Of a stretch of DNA of 39,776 bases, positions 1-11,970 are shown piece by piece; positions within the stretch are counted from its first letter, which is position 1; each line of letters opens with the position of its first letter. The position numbers and the translations under genes were made by a program. Below the pieces are notes generated by a model. It had not been told where the DNA came from, ran no database searches, and worked only from the letters and a program-made list of their open reading frames with translations. The stretch comes from Kofleriaceae bacterium (GTDB taxonomy: Bacteria > Myxococcota_A > Polyangia > Haliangiales > Haliangiaceae), in assembly GCA_046597055.1 (NCBI GenBank), contig JBKJLC010000162.1, forward strand, positions 1 through 39,776. Direction: 5' to 3'.

Positions 1-250
1 GCGTCGGCGGGTTGGGGCAATGGCACCGGCGTGCGTCACGCCCGGGGACCCCGGATCGAGCAAGCGCCGGGACCTCGGCTTCGCCGACGGCGAGGCCGGC
101 CGCGCGTGCCCCAGCGTTCCACGGGTCGAAGCGAAAGCGCGTTCGAACCAAAGCGAAAGAAGTGATCAATCCTGAGGGCTGCCCTTCGACCGCGGGCTCG
201 CGTGCGCGAGCTCTGGCTCACGGACACCGGGAAGATGTGCGGGATCCAGA

Positions 251-312
251 GGGCAGCGCGGCAAGCTGCAGAACGTGTTCTTCGATGGTCCCGCGCGGCT
301 GCCGCGCTGCCC
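251..312. terminator. 13-bp perfect inverted repeat (GGGCAGCGCGGCA / TGCCGCGCTGCCC, 36-nt loop) just downstream of the kinase stop
   Basis: Arms at 251-263 and 300-312 are exact reverse complements. No clear U-tract, so a terminator or stabiliser role is inferred. Confidence 0.35.
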
Positions 313-321
313 GGGCTGACC

Positions 322-1251
322 TCAGCGGGGGGCGCGGATGGTGGCCGACGAGCCGAGCGCGATCCGCTCGAGCCGGCGGAGGATGGTGCGGAGCTCCCAG
401 AGCACGATGTCGATCGCCGACGGACGATCCACCGGGTTCTTGGCGAGGCAGGCGTTGACCAGCGTGCCGAGCGCGGGCGAGAGGTCGGGCCTGAGGTCCA
501 TCACGTCGGGCGGCGGCGTGCACGCGTGGTCGAGCATCAGCGCGCCGATGTGCGTCGAGGTGAAGGGCGGGCGACCAGTAAGGAGCTCGAACGCCATCAC
601 GCCGAAGGCGTAGACGTCGATCAGGTGCGCGCGGCCGGGCTGGAGCCCACCGGTCGCGACCTCGGGCGCCAGGTAGCGCGGGGTCCCGCACGAGATCGCG
701 CCGTCGGCGCCAACCTCGGGCAGCATGATGCCGAAGTCGAGCAGGACCACGCGGTGAGCGGCACACAGCATGATGTTGCCGGGCTTCACGTCGCGGTGGA
801 CCATGCCGGCGGTGTGCACGGCGGTGAGGACGTCGGCGACGCCGGCGAGGATGCGGATCGTCTCCGCGACCGAGAAGTGACCGTCGGGTCCCACCGACTC
901 CATCCGCTGCTCGAGCGTGCTGCCGTAGAGCCGCTCGAGGACCAGATAGGGCGCGCCGTGGTGCGTACCGAGGCCGTAGACCGCGGGCAGCCCCGGGTGC
1001 CGGACCGCGGCGATCGCGCGCGCCTCGTGAAGCAGCATCGTCGCGCCGAGCGCCTGATCCTCGGCGACCTTGATCGCGACCCGGCGGCGGAGCGTGGTGT
1101 CGTCAGCCTCGTACACCCGGCTCATGCCGCCCCGACCGAGCAGGCCGCGGACGACATAATGTCCGTCGACCACCTCTCCGATCATGAACGGGTCCTCGAC
1201 GGCCGGGAGAGAAGCTGGGAGCGTCTGCAGGCTCGCGAGGGAGAGATCCAC
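322..1251 (-). CDS. Hanks-type Ser/Thr protein kinase (catalytic domain only, cytoplasmic)
   Basis: LGRGGMSRVY, VAIK, HRDVKPGN, DFG, GTPRYLAPE, DVYAFG motifs; no TM segment. GTG start at 1251 (alternative ATG at MIGEVV). Confidence 0.93.
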   Translation of the reverse strand: MDLSLASLQTLPASLPAVEDPFMIGEVVDGHYVVRGLLGRGGMSRVYEADDTTLRRRVAIKVAEDQALGATMLLHEARAIAAVRHPGLPAVYGLGTHHGAPYLVLERLYGSTLEQRMESVGPDGHFSVAETIRILAGVADVLTAVHTAGMVHRDVKPGNIMLCAAHRVVLLDFGIMLPEVGADGAISCGTPRYLAPEVATGGLQPGRAHLIDVYAFGVMAFELLTGRPPFTSTHIGALMLDHACTPPPDVMDLRPDLSPALGTLVNACLAKNPVDRPSAIDIVLWELRTILRRLERIALGSSATIRAPR

Positions 1252-1263
1252 AGCGGCTGCTCG

Positions 1264-1279
1264 AGCAACCCCTGTGCCC
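1264..1279 (-). promoter_or_regulatory. sigma54 (-24/-12) promoter of the kinase gene
   Basis: Minus strand reads GGGCACAGGGGTTGCT, matching GGCAC-N5-TTGCW; 13 nt from TTGC to the GTG start. Confidence 0.7.
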
Positions 1280-1387
1280 AGCGCCAGGCAACCGTGATTA
1301 CACGGTAACTGATCGGGCCCGGCGGCGCTCAGGCCACGGTGTGGCGCAGCCGCTCGGGCGTGAGCGCTCGGGTAGCTACCCGAGCGT

Positions 1388-2098
<711 letters not shown>

Positions 2099-2137
2099 GG
2101 GTCTGCCGAGTCTAGCGTGCGACGGGACGCGGTTGGG

Positions 2138-2197
2138 TGTCCGGGTTCCGGACAGCGCGGTGTCCGTCATGCGGACGCGGTGGCCGGGTTCCGGACG
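2138..2197. promoter_or_regulatory. three tandem palindromic sites TG(T/G)CCG-N5-CGGAC(A/G), candidate enhancer-binding-protein sites
   Basis: TGTCCGGGTTCCGGACA (2138-2154), TGTCCGTCATGCGGACG (2161-2177), TGGCCGGGTTCCGGACG (2181-2197); 50-110 bp upstream of a sigma54 promoter. Confidence 0.7.
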
Positions 2198-2247
2198 CGG
2201 CGGCGGCCCCGGGCGGCCAACCCGCCGAGAGGTCGGGGCGGGCCCGC

Positions 2248-2263
2248 TGGCGCGGCGGTTGCT
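2248..2263 (+). promoter_or_regulatory. sigma54 promoter of the metalloprotease gene
   Basis: TGGCGCGGCGGTTGCT = TGGC-N7-TTGCT; downstream GAGGAG RBS at 2303-2308 and ATG at 2315. Confidence 0.75.
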
Positions 2264-2314
2264 GTGGCGGCGAGCGCGCGCACGACCAGCGCGCCAACTC
2301 GAGAGGAGCACGCG

Positions 2315-5230
2315 ATGAGCGGGAAGATGTCGGCGATGATGACAATGGCAGTGGCGGTGGCCGGGTGCGCCGAGGCGGTGGTGCCCGACGGGGACGCCGG
2401 ATACCAGCGCGAGGTGCGCGGCGGCGGGCTGCACCGCGCGGCGGTCCAGGGCGTGGCGCCCGGCCGGATCGAGCTGGCGCGGCTGCTGGCGACCGCGGCG
2501 CCGCTGCACGACGCGCTCGGCGAGCTCGGTGACGCCGACTTCGCGACGACGGTCGCGGCCGATCCGGCGGCGCCGCTGGTGACGGTGTTCGCGCGCCAGC
2601 TGATCGGGGGCGTGCCGGTCGACGACGCGTACCTGTACCTGGCGGTCCGGCCCGAGCGCGGGGCGCAGCCGGCCGAGCTGGTGGCGTCGAGCTATCACCT
2701 CTATCAGGGCACCGAGCTCGCGGTGGTGCCCACGCTCGATCGGGCCACCGCCGAGACCATGGCGCGGGTGGCGCTGCGCGCGGGGGACGGCGCGGCGACC
2801 GCGACGTTGGCGGTGATCGCCGACGGCGCCGAGCTACGCTTGGTGTGGGACGTGACCCTCGCCGGCGAGCCCCGGCGCGCGCGGATCAGCGCGCGGGGCC
2901 CCGACGCCGGCTGGATCGACGTCGTCGACGATCGCGTCTACGACAGCGCGGGCCGGGCCGCGGCGTGGATCGCCGCGGGCGGTGCGCCCGGCGGTGGCGG
3001 GACACCGCGGCGGGTGGCGCTGGCCGACACCCTGGTCCGCGCCGGCGGCGCGACCACGCACACCGACGCCGGTGGCGGCTTCACCCTGCGCGGCGCCGGG
3101 GCGATGATCGAGGCCGCCGCGAGCGGCCGCGCGGCGGTGGTGACCAGCGCCCGCACGCCGGCCCTGCGCGCGTCGGCGTCCGCGGGCAGCGAGATCGAGC
3201 TGGTGCTCGGCACCGCCGGCGGCGGCGAGAGCGCGCTGGCCCAGGCCACCGCGTACTACTACGCGACGCGGGCCCGACAGTTCCTGATCGCGGGGGGCAT
3301 GCCGGCGTCGACCCTGGGGCCACCGGTCGACGTCGCGGTCGATCTCGACGACACCTGCAACGCCTTCTACGCGCCGTCGGACCGCGCCATCGCCTTCTTC
3401 CGCGCCGGCGGCGGCTGCCAGAACAGCGCCGAGGCCAGCATCGTGCTCCACGAGTACGGTCACTTCGCCGACGACGCGGCGGGTGGGATCACCGACCGCG
3501 GCCTCAGCGAGGGCTGGGGCGACGTGCTGGCCTGTCTGGTCCGCGGCGAGCCCGAGATCGGCGGCGACCTCTTGCCCGCGGGCGAGCTGATGCGCACCTG
3601 CGACAACGACTATCGCTATCCGCGCGGCGGTCACGACGAGGTCCACGCGCTCGGCCAGGCCTGGGCGGGGTTCGTCTGGCACGCCCGGGCCGGCCTGATC
3701 GAGGCGCTCGGCGCCGAGGCCGGCGACGCGGCGATCCGCGCCCTGGTGATCCCGGTGCTGCGCTCGAACGCGCCCGACGTGCCGGCCGCCGTGCGCGAGG
3801 TGTTCCTGCGCGACGACGACGACGGCGATCTGTCGAACCACACGCCCCACTGGGATCTGCTGCAGGCGGCCGCGCGTCGCCACGGGCTCGACTTCGCGAC
3901 CGAGCCCGACGCCGCCGCACCGGGCCCGGTGGTCGATCTGGCCGCGGTCGACGCCGGCCCGACCCGGGTCACCCTGCGCTGGACCGCCTCGGGCGACGAC
4001 CATGACCGCGGCACCGCCGCCCGCTACCAGCTGCGCTGGTCGGCCGGGCCGATCACCGAAGCTACCTTCGCCGCCGCCACGCCGGTACCCGCGCCGGCAC
4101 CCGCGATCGCCGGGGCTCGCCAGGAGGTCGCGATCACGGTGCCCCCGGTCGGCCGCGTCCACGTCGCGCTGCGCAGCCACGACGAGCTCGGCAACCCGTC
4201 GGCGCTGTCGAACGTCGCGGTGGTCGAGCTGCCGGCGCCCGCGGTCGTGTTCGGCGAGAGCGCCGATGGCGCGGCCGGCACGGTCGGCGTCTGGGAGGCG
4301 ACCGGGCTGTGGCACGTCAGCGCCCGCCGCGCCGCCGCCGGTCCGCGCGGGTTCTGGTACGGCCGCGAGGCGTCGGGCGACTACGACACCGGCGGCAGCC
4401 ACCGCGGCACGCTGACCTCGCCGGTGATCGACCTGCGCGGCGTCACCGCGCCCAGCCTGACCTGGCTCGAGCTCGCGCTGATCGAGAACGATCCGGCGTG
4501 GGACCGGACGACGATCGAGGTGATCGATGCGGTCGATCCCGCGGTGGTGGTCGCGGCCGGCAAGCCGATCGCGGCGAGCCGGCGCGGGTTCACGCCCCGG
4601 CTGCTCGACCTGCACGCCTTTGCCGGGCGCACGGTGCGCGTGCGCTTCACGTTCGACACCGGCGACGCGATCCGCAACGACCTCGAGGGCTGGTTCGTCG
4701 ACGAGATCCGCGTGATCGGGGAGGCCGCGTCGCCGGCGCCCGCCGGCGGCCGCCTGCTCGTCAACGAGCTGCTGGCCGATCCGCCGGCGGGCCTCGACGT
4801 CGACGGCGATGGCGCCGGGTCGCCCCGCGACGACGAGATGATCGAGCTGGTCAACGTCGGCACCACGCCGGTGGCCCTCGGCGGCGCGACCATCGCCGAC
4901 GGCGAGGCGGTGCGCGTGACCCTGCCCGCCGACCTGGTGCTCGCGCCGGGCGAGGTCCTGGTGGTGACCGGGGGCGCGGCCCCGACCATCGCCGGCGTGC
5001 GCACCGCCGGGAGCGCCGGGCTCTACCTCAACAACGACGGCGACGAGGTGACGGTCCGGGCCGCCGGCGGCGCGATCCTGGCGCGGGCGAGCTACCGGGC
5101 CGAGGGCGGCCGCGACCAGTCGCTCACGCGCCAGCGCGACGGCGATCCCGACGCGCCGCTGGTCGGCCACCGCACGGTCGCCACCGCGCCGGCCTCGCCG
5201 GGCCGACGCCGCGACGGCGGACGATTTTGA
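2315..5230 (+). CDS. multidomain zinc metalloprotease lipoprotein (M4/M36-like; propeptide, catalytic, FN3-like, beta-sandwich and lamin-tail-like domains)
   Basis: RBS GAGGAG; lipobox VAGC; propeptide-like QLIGGVPV; CNAFY; HEYGH plus LSEGWGD zinc ligands; EVHALGQAW; VTLRWTASGDD (FN3-like); LLVNELLADP..DEMIELVN (lamin-tail-like). 971 aa. Confidence 0.85.
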   Translation: MSGKMSAMMTMAVAVAGCAEAVVPDGDAGYQREVRGGGLHRAAVQGVAPGRIELARLLATAAPLHDALGELGDADFATTVAADPAAPLVTVFARQLIGGVPVDDAYLYLAVRPERGAQPAELVASSYHLYQGTELAVVPTLDRATAETMARVALRAGDGAATATLAVIADGAELRLVWDVTLAGEPRRARISARGPDAGWIDVVDDRVYDSAGRAAAWIAAGGAPGGGGTPRRVALADTLVRAGGATTHTDAGGGFTLRGAGAMIEAAASGRAAVVTSARTPALRASASAGSEIELVLGTAGGGESALAQATAYYYATRARQFLIAGGMPASTLGPPVDVAVDLDDTCNAFYAPSDRAIAFFRAGGGCQNSAEASIVLHEYGHFADDAAGGITDRGLSEGWGDVLACLVRGEPEIGGDLLPAGELMRTCDNDYRYPRGGHDEVHALGQAWAGFVWHARAGLIEALGAEAGDAAIRALVIPVLRSNAPDVPAAVREVFLRDDDDGDLSNHTPHWDLLQAAARRHGLDFATEPDAAAPGPVVDLAAVDAGPTRVTLRWTASGDDHDRGTAARYQLRWSAGPITEATFAAATPVPAPAPAIAGARQEVAITVPPVGRVHVALRSHDELGNPSALSNVAVVELPAPAVVFGESADGAAGTVGVWEATGLWHVSARRAAAGPRGFWYGREASGDYDTGGSHRGTLTSPVIDLRGVTAPSLTWLELALIENDPAWDRTTIEVIDAVDPAVVVAAGKPIAASRRGFTPRLLDLHAFAGRTVRVRFTFDTGDAIRNDLEGWFVDEIRVIGEAASPAPAGGRLLVNELLADPPAGLDVDGDGAGSPRDDEMIELVNVGTTPVALGGATIADGEAVRVTLPADLVLAPGEVLVVTGGAAPTIAGVRTAGSAGLYLNNDGDEVTVRAAGGAILARASYRAEGGRDQSLTRQRDGDPDAPLVGHRTVATAPASPGRRRDGGRF

Positions 5231-5243
5231 ACCGCGGGGTGCG

Positions 5244-5681
5244 TCAGCCGGCCCGGCAGATGTAGTCGGTCAGATCGTCGATCGTCCGCTGCTGATCGCG
5301 CACGACCCAGCGGGTGAGATCGCCGATCGAGATCATGCCGACCACCTTGCCGTCCCTCACCACCGGCAGGTGGCGACAGCGGGTGTCGGTGACGATCATC
5401 ATGGCGTCGCGGATCGTCGTGTCGGGCGTGATCGTGATGACCGAGTTGGTCATCACCTCGCTCACGGGCGTCTCCGCGGGCTCGAGCTGATAGCCGACCA
5501 CGCGCGTGAGGACGTCGCGCTCGGTGAAGATACCGACCGGTCGCCCGTCGTCGAGGACGAGCAGCGAGCCGATGTTGCGCTCGTTCATGCGCGCCACCGC
5601 CGCGGCCACGGTGGCGGTCGGCGACACGTTCTCCACGTGCGTGCCCTTGTCGGCGAGGATCTTGCTGACCGGCGCATCCAT
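5244..5681 (-). CDS. CBS domain pair protein
   Basis: IGSLLV..VGIFTERD, VSEVMT, CRHLPVV..VGMISIGDL; AGGAG RBS before ATG 5681. Confidence 0.92.
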   Translation of the reverse strand: MDAPVSKILADKGTHVENVSPTATVAAAVARMNERNIGSLLVLDDGRPVGIFTERDVLTRVVGYQLEPAETPVSEVMTNSVITITPDTTIRDAMMIVTDTRCRHLPVVRDGKVVGMISIGDLTRWVVRDQQRTIDDLTDYICRAG

Positions 5682-5794
5682 GGTGGGCTCCTGCGAGGTG
5701 ATGAGTCCCGCAGTGTCCCACCTACTTGGCACCTGGCCACGTCGAAAGACTCAGCCGCTCGGGAGTGGGTAGCCAGCGCTCGGCGGCGGCCGGG

Positions 5795-6586
5795 TCACGC
5801 GTCGGCACGCCGCATCGCGGCGCGCCGGACCGACCGGACCACGAACCAGGAAGCCAGGGCGGCGAACAGGTGCTTCAGCGAGTGGCCGCTGAGCCCGATC
5901 GCGTCGAGCAGCGCGTGATCATAGAGGTTCACCGTGCGCGCAGCGAGGAAGCCCGCGACCGCCAGCATGAGCTCGCGGGTGCCGAGCCGCCCCGACGGAT
6001 ACATGAGTGCGATCACCGGGGTGGCCACGACCAGCGACAGCTGCAGGCCCACGTACCAGCGCATGTCGCCGCCGGCGGTGCCGCCACCCAGCCACCACAC
6101 CATCACCGTCGTGACCGCCGCGGCCGGAAGCAGCCAGGCCGCCACCCGCCCCGCGCGCGCGCCGATCCGGTCGAAGATCACCAGCGCGGTCAGCCACGAC
6201 AGGACCAGCACGATCGGGAGCCAGTCGAGCACCAGCGTGAGGTCGGTGCGGTGCATGTGATAGAGGCCCGAGCCAAACCCGACGCCCACGAAGGCGCAGG
6301 ACATCACCCCGGCCAGCCGCCGTGACCGCGGCGCCAGGCGCGGCACCACCCGCAGACCGATCAGGCCGACCAGCACGAACGGCAGATTCGACAGCACGTC
6401 GCCCGCGTACGGGATGCCGAGCCAGCTGCGCTCGTCGGCGTAGTCGTGAAAGCCGGGGCCGCGGGACACCGGCGGCAGCAGCCCCACGATCACCAGCACG
6501 GCCGCGGCGCCCAGGCCCAGGAGGAGCTCGCGCCACCCGGGGCGCCACGGCGCGAAGGGTGATGGCAGGGGCGCGACTGGCTCCAT
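5795..6586 (-). CDS. alkaline (phyto)ceramidase-like / CREST-superfamily membrane hydrolase
   Basis: FHDYADER, DVLSNLPF, GSGLYH, DWLP and GHSLKHL motifs; multiple hydrophobic helices. Confidence 0.75.
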   Translation of the reverse strand: MEPVAPLPSPFAPWRPGWRELLLGLGAAAVLVIVGLLPPVSRGPGFHDYADERSWLGIPYAGDVLSNLPFVLVGLIGLRVVPRLAPRSRRLAGVMSCAFVGVGFGSGLYHMHRTDLTLVLDWLPIVLVLSWLTALVIFDRIGARAGRVAAWLLPAAAVTTVMVWWLGGGTAGGDMRWYVGLQLSLVVATPVIALMYPSGRLGTRELMLAVAGFLAARTVNLYDHALLDAIGLSGHSLKHLFAALASWFVVRSVRRAAMRRADA

Positions 6587-6725
6587 CGGTCGCAAGGATA
6601 GGCGGCGAGGTTTCTCGAGACCAGCTCGTTCTCGTCACTCCGAGACCGCCGCAGCCGCAACGGCGACCTGGGTCAGCGGGTTGCCGCCGTGCGCGGCCGT
6701 CGCGAGCTGCCGCCGTCGGGGACGG

Positions 6726-7091
6726 TCAGCGCGACGCGGGCATCGCGGTCAGTACGCCGACCAGCTTGTCGATCTGGTCGCGGGTCGCCACCAGCCGCAC
6801 CGCGCCGGGCAAGATGATCGCGATCGCGTCGCCGACCCACTCGATCGCCACGTCGTTCTGGCCAAGCTTCACACACACCGGCGCGCGCGCTGGCGTCCGC
6901 AACGCCTCGGCGGCCGCGAAGCGCACCCGCGGCGACGCCGGCAGGGTCGACGGGGTCCGCACGTTCAGCGTGCCGGGCTCGGCCTCGTCCTTGCGGGCGA
7001 GCCGTCCGGTCCGGTCGGCATCCTGACGCGGCGCCCGCGACGCGTCCCGGGGGCGAGTCATGCTGTACTTGACGCTGTCCTCGGCGCTCAT
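6726..7091 (-). CDS. hypothetical protein
   Basis: Fills the intergenic gap, high GC3, ordered-looking C-terminal half (VAIEWVGDAIAIILPGAVRLV); no recognised family. Confidence 0.45.
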   Translation of the reverse strand: MSAEDSVKYSMTRPRDASRAPRQDADRTGRLARKDEAEPGTLNVRTPSTLPASPRVRFAAAEALRTPARAPVCVKLGQNDVAIEWVGDAIAIILPGAVRLVATRDQIDKLVGVLTAMPASR

Positions 7092-7119
7092 GGACCCATG
7101 GTTCGACCGCCTGGTCAGG

Positions 7120-7170
7120 ATTTCGAGGGGGGGGCTCGGCCTGCCAGCCAGCCGATGAACCCCTCGAGAT
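7120..7170. terminator. imperfect hairpin downstream of the pyrimidine-catabolism operon
   Basis: ATTTCGAGGGG (7120-7130) vs CCCCTCGAGAT (7160-7170): 10/11 complementary. Confidence 0.3.
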
Positions 7171-7226
7171 CATGGATGCCGCCCATGTGCGGGGAGGTCA
7201 GCACCAGCACCGGCGGCGCTCCGCGG

Positions 7227-8530
<1,304 letters not shown>

Positions 8531-8534
<4 letters not shown>

Positions 8535-9934
8535 AGCGAGAAGGTTCCCCGGCGCACGAACTGACCGCGCCCCTGTTGCTGCTTCGCGACCCAGCGGTCG
8601 TCCTGGATGATGAGCTCCCCGCGCGACAGCACCGCCGCTGGTGCGCCGATGATCCGCTTGCCCTCGAACGGCGAGTAGTCGACCCGCATGTGCAGGGTGT
8701 CCTTCGACAGGACCTTCTCCCGCGTCGGGTCCCACACGACCACGTCGGCGTCGGCGCCGACCGCGATCGTGCCCTTCTTGCCGTACATGCCGAAAATCTT
8801 CGCCGGCGCGGTCGAGGTGATCTCGACGAACCGGTTCATCGAGATCCGGCCCTCGCGCACGCCCTCCCACAGGAGGTGCAGGCGGGTCTCCACCCCCGGC
8901 ATGCCGTTGGGGATCTTCGAGAAGTCGCCGCGGCCGAGCTCCTTCTGATCCTTCATGCAGAACGGGCAGTGATCGGTGGCCACCACCTGCAGGTCGTAGT
9001 TGCGCAGCCCGCGCCACAGGTGCTCGTGGTGGTGCTTGGGCCGCAAGGGCGGCGTGCACACGTAGCCGGCGCCCTTCCACTCGTCGCCCGGGTCGCCGCG
9101 CAGGTCGTCCTCGCTGCAGAACAGGTACTGCGGACAGGTCTCGGCGTAGACCGGCAGGCCGCGATCGCGCGCCTCCATCACCCGCTCGAGCGCGCGCTGC
9201 GCCGACAGGTGGACCATGTAGACCGGGACCTTGGCCATCTCGGCCAGCGAGATCGCGCGCTCGGTGCCGGTCGCCTCGGCGACCTCGGGCCGGGTCAGCG
9301 CGTGATAGACAGGCGCGGTGTGGCCCTCGGCCAGCGCGCGCTGGACCAGCACGTCGATCGGCAGGCCGATCTCGGCGTGCATCGTGATCAGCGCGCCCAG
9401 CTCGCCGGCGCGCAGCATCGCCCGGAAGATCTGCTGGTCGTCGACCAGGAACACGCCCGGGTAGGCCATGAACATCTTGAAGCTGGTCACGCCCTCGCGG
9501 ACCAGGGCGCCCATGCCCTCGAGGGTCTCGGCGTTGGCCTCCGTCATGATCATGTGGAAGCCGTAGTCGATCGCGGCCTTGCCCTCCGCCTTGGCGTGCC
9601 AGGCGTCGAGGCCGGCCCGCATCGAGGTCCCCTTCGACTGGATCGCGAAGTCGACGATCGTCGTGGTGCCGCCGAACGCCGCCGCGACCGTGCCGGTGTC
9701 GAAGTCGTCCGAGGCGGTGGTGCCGCCGAACGGCAGCTCCATGTGGGTATGGCAGTCGATGCCGCCGGGGATGACGTACTGGCCCTTGGCGTCGATCACG
9801 GTGCCGGGCTGACCCAGCGCTGCCCGCTGCGACGGATCGGTCAGCGCGATGATCTTGCTGCCCTCGATCCACACGTCGGCCGCGAAGGTGTCCGACGCGG
9901 TGACGACGGTGCCGTCCTTGATGAGCGTCCGCAT
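8531..9934 (-). CDS. hydA: dihydropyrimidinase
   Basis: PGGIDCHTH, GGTTTIVDF, SFKMFMAY (carbamylated Lys), HAE, ETCPQYL, TDHCPF, IPNGMPGVE. Confidence 0.95.
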
Positions 9935-9941
9935 GATCGAC

Positions 9942-10811
<870 letters not shown>

Positions 10812-10842
10812 CGTCGTCTCCTTGTGCTCTCGGTCGCCGGGA

Positions 10843-11970
10843 TCAGTTCGTGACCAGGTCGTTGGTCTCTTTGGCGATCTCGCCCTTCCACGTCTCGACG
10901 TCGCGACCGACCGCCTTGGCCGCGCGCGCCGACTCCTTGGTCTCGCGCGCGACCTTCTGGCGATCGACCAGGTCATGGTGGCTCGTGAAGTACGGCAGGC
11001 TCTTGCCGACACACGACCGCAGGTTCTCGAACTTGTGGTCGACCAGGAACTTCAGCAGGTCTTCCTTCAGGCCCTCGATGATCTCGTAGCCGCGCAGCAT
11101 CGCGCCGGTGCACACCTGCACGGTCGACGCGCCGAGCAGGAAGAACTGGGCGGCGTCGAAGCCGGTCTCGATCCCGCCCATCCCGGAGATCTCGAGGCCC
11201 GGGTTGGCCCGCGCGACCTCCATCACCTGGCGCAGCGCGATCGGCCGCACCGCCTGGCCGCTGTAGCCGCCGGGCACGCTGTGGCCCTCGACGGTCGGCA
11301 TCGGCCGCAAGGTCTTCAGGTCGATCCCGATCACCGAAAGGATCGTGTTGATCATCGAGATGCCGTCGGCCCCGGCCCGCAGCGCGGCCGCCGCCGGCAC
11401 GGTCGGATTACCGACGTTGGGCGTCATCTTGGCCCACACGGGCACGGTCGCGACCGCCTTGGCCCAGCCGACCACCTCCTCGACGATGTCGGGGTTCTCG
11501 CCCATCGCCATGCCCATCTTGCGCTCGGGCAGCCCGTGCGGACACGACAGGTTGAGCTCGAAGGCGTCGACACCGGTGGCCTGGACCTCGCGGATGATCC
11601 GCTGCCAGGCGTCCCGGCTGTACTCCTCCATCACCGAGGCGACCAGGATCTTCTTCGGGTACTGCTTCTTCAGCTGGGTCAGGTCGTCGAGCCAGTGCTC
11701 GTAGGGCCGATCGGAGATGAGCTCGATGTTCTCGAAGCCGATCACCTCCTCGCTCGAGCGGCCGCGCAGCTTGGCGTACCGGGGCGCGGTGTTGATCACC
11801 TTGCTCGCGTCGAGGCTGAAGGTCTTGCAGACCATCCCGCCCCACCCCAGGTCGTAGGACTTCGCGATCACCTTGCCGTTGGTGCCGGGCGGGCCCGACG
11901 CCAGCAGGTACGGATTCTCGAACTCCAGGCCGTTCACCACGATGCGCAGATCGATCGACTTTGCCGTCAC
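10843..11970 (-). CDS. preA: dihydropyrimidine dehydrogenase FMN (PreA/PYD1-type) subunit lacking the C-terminal ferredoxin domain
   Basis: NPYLLASGPP, GFENIELISDR, ELNLSCPHG (catalytic Cys), WAKMTPN, GGYSGQAVRPIAL, VQVCTGAM; GTG start with GGGGAGG RBS; no CxxCxxC motifs. Confidence 0.9.
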   Translation of the reverse strand: MTAKSIDLRIVVNGLEFENPYLLASGPPGTNGKVIAKSYDLGWGGMVCKTFSLDASKVINTAPRYAKLRGRSSEEVIGFENIELISDRPYEHWLDDLTQLKKQYPKKILVASVMEEYSRDAWQRIIREVQATGVDAFELNLSCPHGLPERKMGMAMGENPDIVEEVVGWAKAVATVPVWAKMTPNVGNPTVPAAAALRAGADGISMINTILSVIGIDLKTLRPMPTVEGHSVPGGYSGQAVRPIALRQVMEVARANPGLEISGMGGIETGFDAAQFFLLGASTVQVCTGAMLRGYEIIEGLKEDLLKFLVDHKFENLRSCVGKSLPYFTSHHDLVDRQKVARETKESARAAKAVGRDVETWKGEIAKETNDLVTN

